Position numbers and translations under genes: made by a program. Under the pieces are notes generated by a model that did no database searches, was not told the DNA's origin, and was given only the letters and a program-made list of their open reading frames with translations. From the human T2T-CHM13v2.0 reference genome, Homo sapiens: a stretch of 64,000 nt of DNA. Within the stretch, counting starts at the first letter, position 1. The number at the start of each line of letters is the position of its first letter. Of the stretch, positions 48,357 through 64,000 are shown in pieces. The DNA lies in the NCBI RefSeq assembly GCF_009914755.1, contig NC_060926.1. The stretch is one strand, 5' to 3'.

Positions 48357-49366
48357 GTGAGTATCTCCCCGCCAGCGGGGAGCATTCACTGACCATGGCA
48401 CAGATATACCCGCACTCAGAACTACAATTAGTTGCTGATGTATTTGCCTAGTTAGTGAGCCTGACCATAGAATGAGGTGTTTCAACTTCAGTGTTTTTTA
48501 TAAGCTACAGATTAACTTCTGTAAAGTGGAACTCCTTGAGGCAAATAGTTTCCACGTAGCAAACACAGGCCAAGGCCAAAATCTGTAGCCACGTTCCTTC
48601 TTTTGGGTTGTCTCTCATTTATGCCTTTGTGCATTTTACCAGCAATGCATATTCAGTCTAAGAGTCAGAATATAAACCAAACTCTGAGCAAACCCTGGAA
48701 AGGGCCTCACTGGGATAAAAGTTACAGTCCTCTCAGATTAGTAAAGCGTTAGCCATGAAGGAAAAAGAAGACATTTCTTCAGTATCTCACACAGATCAAG
48801 AGATGGTTCAGAACTGTGTCAAGAATTATAGTTACTTCAAAAATAAACCATGAGAAGTGTAAGAGGAGGTTCTGGCGCCTTGCCGAGCCCCCAGCGATGG
48901 GAATAGAAAAACAGAAATACCCACATTGCTCCTGGACTAGAGGTGGGACCACAGCTAGCACAGAACTAATGTTTCTGAAATTTGAATCCAGGAAATATGA
49001 CATAGAAAGTTCCAAAATTTTAGGAATTAATAAGTATATAGGTTATTTGCAGCTTCCTTGGTCCTTCCCCAGACATACCTTCTTCAAATAATAAATTTTA
49101 TTATGGGTTTGCTATCCTCCACCAGGGGACGTGTTGATTAATAAAAGTTTTCAAAGTGACTTTGGTTCTTACTCATTTGGCTGAAAGACTTCTCAGGTAG
49201 ACACATGGCAACGAATGCAATGTATGACTGAACCAGATCTTTTTGCTATAAAAAACATAATTGGGCAGTTGGTAAAATATGACTAGGGTCCACATCTGGG
49301 ATGGAGCCTCAGATCGTGGCCCTGTTCCTGATCTGGGTAGTTTTACAAGGCTGCGGGTAAGAATAT

Positions 49367-49610
49367 TGTATTAGTCCATTTCCACACTGCTGATAGAGAT
49401 GTGGCGGCAGCGAGAGAGGCTTGTACAGGGAAATGGCCCCTTGTAAAATCATCAGATCTCATGAAAGTCTCACTATTACAAGAACAGCACGGAAAAGATC
49501 CGCCCCCATGAGTCAGTTACCTCCCACTGGGTCCCTCCCACAGTAAGTGGGACTTGTGGGAGTTATAATTCAAGATGAGATTTGGGTGGGAACACAGCCA
49601 AACCGTATCA
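49367..49610 (-). mobile_element. THE1 MaLR solo LTR with internal deletion, inside an L1M 3' end
   Basis: tgtattagtccatttccacactgctgata...gatgagatttgggtgggaacacagccaaaccgtatca; flanks aatat/aatgt; 244 bp, shorter than a typical ~350-bp THE1 LTR. Confidence 0.9.
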
Positions 49611-49970
49611 AATGTCATAGTTTATAGGAAGTCCATACTGAAGTATGGCAAGTAACATGTTAGCAACTCACTCTCAAATGGCTCAAAGGAGAAAAAACTC
49701 TTGTACTGTGCTTGTAACTTCTCTGTGAATATGAGATTGTCTAAAAATAAAAGCATATTGCTTTAAATTATTGAACTTTATGTTATTAAGACATTGTGGC
49801 CTTAAAATACATGAAATTAGACAGAGACATTATTCATCAAGAAATTTGAGAAGGTCTGAAGGAAAAAAATCATTTAAAATACATTATCCTAAAATAAATA
49901 AAATACTTCAGCCTGATCATGATAATCTTGAGACAATTTAGGTTTAAGGTGTAGTTTAAAAATAATAGTA

Positions 49971-50271
<301 letters not shown>

Positions 50272-50532
50272 TTAAACTCATCAATGTTTGCCTCCCTGGA
50301 GTTACTAATCAGGCCTTTGTTCTTCAAGAAATCCTCTTCACTTCCCATTATATTTGCCTTTTAACAGCATAAAATATTTGGAAAAATTAAATTAAAAATC
50401 TTGCTTTTTTAGGGATATATTCTTTTGCTACAAATTTGGGATAATTTTTTTTTACTTTTAATGTATGCAATGACACATACAAATGCTTGTAGTTTATTTA
50501 AAAATTAGTTACTTACTTTTAACCTATCTCAG

Positions 50533-50647
50533 CGGAAATAGGAGATTACGATGAAACGCTGGACCGAGAGCACCTCAAAGTGAACGAGTATTTGCCTGGC
50601 CAGCAGCACTGCCTTGAGAAGATACTAGAATTCCATCAGAAGCACGT
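50533..50647 (+). CDS. FARP2: FARP2 exon 7 (115 nt)
   Basis: atctcag|CGGAA..., encodes (S)EIGDYDETLDREHLKVNEYLPGQQHCLEKILEFHQKH(V); donor CGT|gtaagt. Confidence 0.96.
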
Positions 50648-50887
50648 GTAAGTCATCACAATTGTCTGTCAACACATTGTCACCACAGTAATGACTAAAG
50701 AGTGTGTAACGAGAAAGGACTGTTGTCGTGACTTCTGCAAGATTCTAACATAAGGACCATTGCTCCTGGCCTCAGGATGTGCAGCTGCTGCCAGAGGCAG
50801 CTTGGCAGACACACAGACACACAGGTGCCCTGGCCTGAAGCACCTTCACACCTGCACGATGTGCTGCTTTAGAAGGTGCTGGAAGAA

Positions 50888-51220
<333 letters not shown>

Positions 51221-53214
51221 CTACTGAGCAGGATGGGGTGGCTATTGGGGGGGTGTCAGCTGCTGCAGTGTCTCTGCAGTGTGGCAGAAAGAGTCCTCTA
51301 CGGGGAAGACACTGTGCTGTGGTAGAGGAGGAGGGGACTGTGTGAGGCTAACAGTGTCTGCCTGTGTCAGGGCATTGGGAATCGCCTGGCACCCATGGCC
51401 TTCATCTCATCTTGTTTTGATTTCTCTAAGACTTGACACTGGTGGGTTTTTCTGGATGGAAGTGATAGAGACCTAGAGAAGGAGTGCTAGCTAAGGGGAA
51501 AAGGATTGAAGAACGGTATGGGAAAGGGCTCTGGGCTCTGGCCCAGGTGGCTGGGAGCTTTAGTCACCAAAGGGGAGCACTCAGCTGGTGAAAGTGAGTC
51601 AGGAGGACTTAGCCTTGCCTTTGTGACACATCCTGTTGAGATGCAGGTTTGTTTGTCAGATCATGTATGTTCATGTGTGTCGTTAAGGCTCTACCGGGAC
51701 CTGCTGGCAGCTGCCCTTTCACACCTTCAAAGTATGAGTGCCAGCTATGCATCCACCACTGCTGTCAGCACTGGGGAGCTGGTTTGAACGGCACAGACTG
51801 AGGTGCCTACCCATACAGATCTTACCTTACCCCGTAAGATTGTGTGGATTTCGTGCACCTCACCACTCCCAGTGTGGGGGATCTCTTGTGTTTGCAGGGG
51901 AGTGCCTTTTGTGTGCCCGACAGCATGGCAGTCATGAGATATACAGATGCGTTTCTACAGATGAGAATGTGTGCAGTGTAGCGGGAGCATAGCTCATACG
52001 CTGTGAGCTGAAAGAAGGCCGAGGGCAGGCTCAAGGAGGCTCGTGGGAGGACCTAGGCGGACAAAGCCAGGGAGGAAGCATTCCAGGCAAAGCACCAGCC
52101 TGGGAAGGGAGGGAGAAGGAAGCAGAGAGGAGAGGGAGGTTCCAGCATGGCTTGGGCAGTTTGGGTTCAAGGGCTGGAGGTAGAAGTGCCAACTGATACT
52201 GGAGAGGCTGTAGTGGCAATTACGGACAGCTCTTACGAGCATTTTTGTGTAATCCTCAAACCCACATCATGGCATGCACTGTTTTACTCCATTGTACATA
52301 CGGTCAGACCATGCGTGCAGAGCTCCATCTCGGACATGACGGTGTGGGGCATCTTGTGTGTGTAAGTCGGTGCTTCTCATCCATTTGCCTGACCTGACCT
52401 TGAGGAGGCCTCCATGCAGGGCAGTACAGGTAGAGCTCCTGCCCTATTCTCCCAGGTACCCTTGGCTTTGCCTCTTTCAAGTGTTGCCATTATTCTAGCT
52501 GGTAGTGAGGAAGGTACAGCTGTTCTGAGTGTCACATCCAGACCTTGACCCATGGAGCCAAGGGCCCTCTGCTAGTGTTGTGTGCCATCCCAGCAGGAAA
52601 CGGTCACTGGTTCAGTCTGCATTCCTAGGGTTGGGGATAGTCTCTCCCTGCTGAGACACACAGCAGGGGCTGGACATGAGGAAGGGAGAATTGGGCATTG
52701 TGCTGCGAACTGTCCAACCTGAAGGACAGTCCCTAGTGGATGGGTGGGTTTGGGATGCTGGGGAGAGTGTTGTCAGCACGTAGGCTGGGCTAACCTGTGC
52801 AGTGGGTGAAATCAGCTAGGCAGAGGGCAGATACAGGTCAGGAAGGGAGAAGAGCCCAGGATGAACCCCTGAAGAACTGACATTTGAGAGGCTGAGTGCA
52901 GGAGGAGGCACCCACAAGAGCCTTTAGCAGCCAGAAGCATGGAAGGGCACAGGTGCCAAGAGAGCATGTTTTAGGATAGTGGCCACAGCCTCTTGTGTGG
53001 AGACTACAGGCCTGGGGAGGTAGGCACAGGAGCAGGTTTCTGAGCTTGGCAGTGTGGCAGTGTATCGCCTTCAGCAGCTTCAGTGAGTGGTGAGGGTGAA
53101 TTCTAGATTCAAGTACACTGAAAGTGCAGTGAGGAGGCAGTGACAACATCTTTGGGCACTTATGTCGAGAAGCCTGCCTGTGGAAGAACAAAGAACTGGA
53201 CCCTCAGGGTAGTT

Positions 53215-53217
<3 letters not shown>

Positions 53218-53265
<48 letters not shown>

Positions 53266-53480
53266 TGGGTGTGTTCTGTGTATACATGTGTGGCTGTGTG
53301 GTCGTGTGTGCATGTATATGTGTTCCTATGCATGCATTGTGTGTGTTTCTGTGTGGCTCATATGTTCATGTGTGTTGATGTGTGTTCCTGTGTACATTGT
53401 ATACTGTGGTTATGTGTACTTGCACATGTTCTTGTGCCTGTGTCTCTGCATGTGTGTGTCCTTACATGTGCACATGTATC
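53218..53480. repeat. (TG)~23 microsatellite followed by a degenerate TG-rich tract
   Basis: Directly visible. Confidence 0.95.
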
Positions 53481-53874
53481 CGCTAAAAACCCTAGAAAGC
53501 CGGTACGAGAAGGATGAGCCATGTGGTCTGCTTCATACGGGAATACAGTTGAACTCTTGCCGAATAAGCCCGGAAGCAGGAAGCTCTGCTCTACGTTGTA
53601 GGCCTTCACTGTGTTAATTTGAGACTGTGTCTGTCACAGTCACCACAGCTTCGTTGCACATCTTATTTCTTTTGATAATCCTTCAGGTTTTTTTTTAAAG
53701 ACAATATTGTACCTTTATTTTAATTATTATACATTTCTTACATTGTCTTATGATTCTGATGGTTCTTCAGTGATCCACTGAAAACACCTTTATAATCACT
53801 GAATAGGATATTAAAGAAGTGTTTTTCTTGACTTTATCACATTGCTTTTGGATCTTTGAAACTGGAGAGAAAAG

Positions 53875-54872
<998 letters not shown>

Positions 54873-55190
54873 TAAAATTTGTCTCTGCCAGTAGTATTTG
54901 TGTATAACCTTGTCACTATGGAGCAGATGTAAGGCTGAGTAGCTAGTGTATGCAAAGAAAGTGTTCTACCCGTTACAAAGTAGTTACAGAATAGAAGAAA
55001 ACTGAGGATGTCTTTGGCCTGCACGTGTGGTATGCTGTTTTTGTAGTGGGTAAACACAGACAGTGAACCATCTGCCCTCTAAACACACAAAGCCTTCATT
55101 GTTGGTTTTCCTGATCGCTTCTATAATGCATTTTGGCTCTTTCAGAAATCAAGTGTTTGTAGTGTATGATTCTACCATTTTTTATTACAG

Positions 55191-55338
55191 GGGCCAGACA
55201 CCTGCTGAGTCGGATTTCCAGGTGCTCGAAATTGCTCGAAAGTTGGAAATGTACGGCATCAGATTTCACATGGCTTCTGACAGGGAAGGAACCAAGATTC
55301 AACTGGCAGTTTCCCACATGGGTGTACTCGTGTTCCAG
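55191..55338 (+). CDS. FARP2: FARP2 exon 8 (148 nt, end of FERM-M, start of FERM-C)
   Basis: attacag|GGGCC..., encodes [49 protein letters not shown]; donor CAG|gtaggc. Cumulative CDS is 771 nt = 257 codons. Confidence 0.96.
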
Positions 55339-56669
55339 GTAGGCCAGTGGGGAAGGGAGGGGTGAGAACAGGGCAGGGGAGGTTTTCTGCAACCTGGTGG
55401 GGTTTGTTCTTATAGATGTTAGTAAATATTTGTCCTGATGAGTACGGGCCTCGATTTGGAAGAGGGGCTTTGCATATCATCCAATCCAACCTCTTACTCA
55501 GTGGGAAAATTAATCTTTTGTCCTTCTCTGACACACGTGTGACTGTCCTCCATGTCATGGAGCCCACTGCTTCCTGGGACTGCCTCCCGCCTCCTTGGAT
55601 TCCCCACTGCCTCCTGCCCCCCAGGGCTGCCCACTGCCTCTGGGACTTCGCATTCCCTCCTGGGATTCGGCCTACCCCCTTAGGATCCTAAACCACAACC
55701 CTGTTTTTTTTCCAGTGGAGCAGTCTCTGTGCTGTGGATGTGATCTGGGCTGGACTGTGAGCGCTTTAGAGTGGGTTACAGTAATCATTTCAGTAAACAA
55801 ACTAGAATAGAATAGAAAATATCAGAGGGATTGCTTGTGATAAGAGTCAGTGTTGTCTTCTGAAGTGTTTGTATTAGTTGTGATGCATAGGTAAATAATT
55901 ACATAAATGGTGGGCATGGCCTGCTCACTTCCATTTGTGGTTATGTGTGTGTATGCTGGGGTTTGTGATGTCCAAGAAGCTTAAGTGTGACTGCTAGTGC
56001 CGACTAGAAGGAGCTTTTCTCCTTATTCAGGCCCTTTGCATATCTGAAGAAAGCTCTTGCGGGGGCTCCCCAAGTCCCCTCGCACCCAGGCTAAATATGT
56101 CCAACTTGTCTGGGCCCCTCCTTTTGGGAGCACTCCAGTCACTGGCCCTTGTAAAATTTTGCACCTCTGATAGACTACGGTAATCCTGAAAAGGTCTCCT
56201 CAATGCTGAATATTGTGGGAATTGTCACTATTGCAGTCTGGGAGCCCATTGCCTGCATGAGCTGCTGTTTCTTTGTGGGCTCTTTTAACCTGTGACTATC
56301 AAAAAGAGCTTGGTCTGATTCAGGCCTCCCTCATCAAGCCATGTTTATTATTGTTTTCTTTTCCTTATTTTTCTTAACCTAGCCATCAAGTTTCAATTTC
56401 CTGTCAGAAAAAAAATTAATTTTGAATTTAGAGTATTATGTTACATTTCATACTAAATGTGATTAGAGAGCAATAAAAATCCATGATAGAGACCAGCCTT
56501 AGCAATCCATGCCTTCAGGTGGAGGGTCTGAGCATCCCCTGCCTACACCTGCTGATGAGTGTTCCCCCATTGCACAGAGATGAAAACCTCATATCCAAAC
56601 TGAGCCATTGCCACATTTCCAGAAAAAAACAAATAATACAACCTAAAGAAGTTGTAAAAGCAAGGGATT

Positions 56670-56965
56670 AGAAACTTCAGTTTGAAGATAGCAGACTGAA
56701 TATATGTATTTATTTTTATTCCCTCAAAACCCTGAACACAATGACAGTTGAAGGAATTTTTTAAACATTTAAATCCGTAAGAACAAAGAATGGGAAAACA
56801 GCCCACGAAAGATGAGGATAGCAGCAATGTTTGGAAGCTGGGAAATGAAACAGGGAGTGGGACCTGACTTTGCAGAGTAGGGAAGGCTGGAATCTCACAG
56901 CCTTCAGCGGCAAAGTCACAGTGCAAGCCAACATGTTCCCAGGAGCCCCAGAAAGGGCTCACAGT
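56670..56965 (+). mobile_element. HAL1/L1ME-like 5' remnant (further pieces at about 62672-62790 and 63045 onward)
   Basis: acttcagtttgaagatagcagactgaa...; later gcagtactggaagctagaaagcaa and tttccaaactaattct resemble old ORF1 motifs. Confidence 0.5.
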
Positions 56966-57096
56966 TCATGCTTATGAGAAATAGGAATACTTCTTTATCA
57001 GAAATGTAAAATTTTATCTTGTAATTTTTTTATTTTTATCAGCCTTGTTTGTGATAGTAAAATTCTGGGAATTAACCGTTAGAAAGCCAGTTAAAT

Positions 57097-57474
<378 letters not shown>

Positions 57475-58105
57475 TTATGTCCCAATAATGAGACATCCTT
57501 CAAGATGCATCATTACATGGAGAAAAGATTGAAAACTCTGTATAGTAGCTACTGCTTGTGGGGAAAAGAGAGAAAATTATATGTGCACTATATTCCACAC
57601 TATTAAATGAACTGGTGACATTAATGGCCCCAGGGAAGAGTGGCCAAGCTGGCAGGCTTTGGAACAGTGCTGAGAGGGAGACTTGCACTGTGGACTCATT
57701 TTTGAACCTTCAGAATTTGAGCCTTGTGAATGTATCACTGTATTACATTTTCACAAAACCTTCACAGGAATAAAACACTGCATCTCTGAAATGAGCAGGA
57801 TACCATGATAGAAACAAATGGAGAACATAAAAACATTTGCAAATTAAAATACAGGCTGCCCCAGTCCATCCCCACCCCATGTCTCCTACCTGGTCTGCAC
57901 GCCAGGCAGGGGTCATCAGCCTCTTTGTCCTGCAGAGTTGTGCTGGCACATGCTCTGCTACTTTTTAGCAGGTTTACTGCCTGGCCCCACATGCAACAAT
58001 AGGAACCCAACCCCAGCAGACCCTGGGCTCCACAATTTCATCTCCATCATCCACAGAGGTATGACAGCCTCAGTTCTAAGCACAGATATTTAAAATTATA
58101 ATATA

Positions 58106-62954
<4,849 letters not shown>

Positions 62955-62955
<1 letters not shown>

Positions 62956-63030
62956 TCTCTCTCTCTCTTTTTTTTTTTTTTTTTTTGAGACAGAGTTTCA
63001 TTCTTGTTGCCCAGGCTGGAGTGCAATGTC
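62955..63030 (-). mobile_element. Short 5'-truncated Alu
   Basis: Poly-T then gagacagagtttcattcttgttgcccaggctggagtgcaatg. Confidence 0.85.
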
Positions 63031-64000
63031 ACTGCAATGGCAGCATCTCAAACATTAAAAGGAAATTATTTCCAAACTAATTCTTTTGTTTTTTTTTTTT
63101 TTGAGACTACAGTTTTATTATTACTCAAATCAGTTTCCCCGAGCATTTGGCGATTTTTTTTTTAAATTTGGTGTGTGTGGGGCTCTAGACTAGAATTCTG
63201 TGCTCTGTTCCACATGACTTCTGTACAGAGAAAACCTTTTTTCACACATGTAGATTTTTAAAAAATTTAACTACTACTCTCCCTTTGTAAGGAAAAACTA
63301 GAGGAGAGAATGAACTAAAAGTGAGAAAGAAGGAAATAGGGTGCTCCACATCCGAGACAGGCAGAGGAAGACACAGGTTCTGCCTGCCAAGAGAGCATCC
63401 ACCAATACCAGAGCAGAGGGCAGGGCCCCGGGAGAGAGGGTAGACCAGGGACTCATTTCTTTTGCTGGACGGTGTGGAAGAGTGTTAACTAGGGATAGGT
63501 ACATGCCGGTGAAGCAAATGAAACGAGGCAATTAGGATTCTCAAGGAAATTTTGAAGAAGGAAGCTTTACTTTATAATATAAAAAAAGTAGTTAAATTCA
63601 CTATAGCTCAGCTTGTGAGCAATGCTTACATGACCATTAATATAAATACTGAATTTAAAATTTACCAACAATTAGGAGAGTGTGGGGAGGGGTAGGTGTG
63701 AGGTATTGGCAGTGACAGATGTTGAGGAGGCAAGATTTCAAAGTGGAGAATGTGCTAGCTGTCATAAATGTGCTTTTCAGAAATACGGGTGAATGAATGG
63801 ATGCATGAGAGTAAATCCCAGAAAGGCAGCCAAGAGAGGTGAAGCTGGTTCTGTCTGAGGAAGAGGACTTGATGTGGAGTGGGTGACCCTGACCTGGCAG
63901 TTTGTTTCCAGTCGTGTAGTCTATATGGCATTTTCAGATATGCCCTGGATTATTGGATGAATATGAAAATGAAAACAGTAGATTTTAGCATTCCACAGCT

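Noticed and set aside
53140-53617. Cys/Val- and His/Thr-rich ORFs
   Set aside because: Translation of the (TG)n repeat.

Overview
Human (primate) genomic DNA from inside the FARP2 gene (FERM, ARH/RhoGEF and pleckstrin domain protein 2; chr2q37 from recall), + strand. The window runs from the 3' part of intron 1 into intron 8. Seven GT-AG coding exons (2-8) splice into one open frame of 257 codons: the N-terminus and most of the FERM domain. The rest is intron dominated by about 45 Alu copies or fragments, L1s of several ages, L2, MIR, MaLR/ERV solo LTRs, DNA-transposon fossils and microsatellites. I see no convincing novel multi-gene system. The most notable local signals are: a cluster of three fold-back hairpins (two built from sequence copied from 0.5-0.8 kb upstream); a chimeric AluS/AluYb8 that appears to mark a deletion; a 3'-truncated U3 snoRNA retrocopy; an out-of-frame uATG overlapping the FARP2 start; candidate recursive-splice and microexon sites in the 30.5-kb intron 2; a mirror-arranged Alu cluster in intron 4; and a scrambled L1 in intron 8. 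Repeat boundaries are approximate, and subfamily names come from recalled consensus sequences, not from a search.
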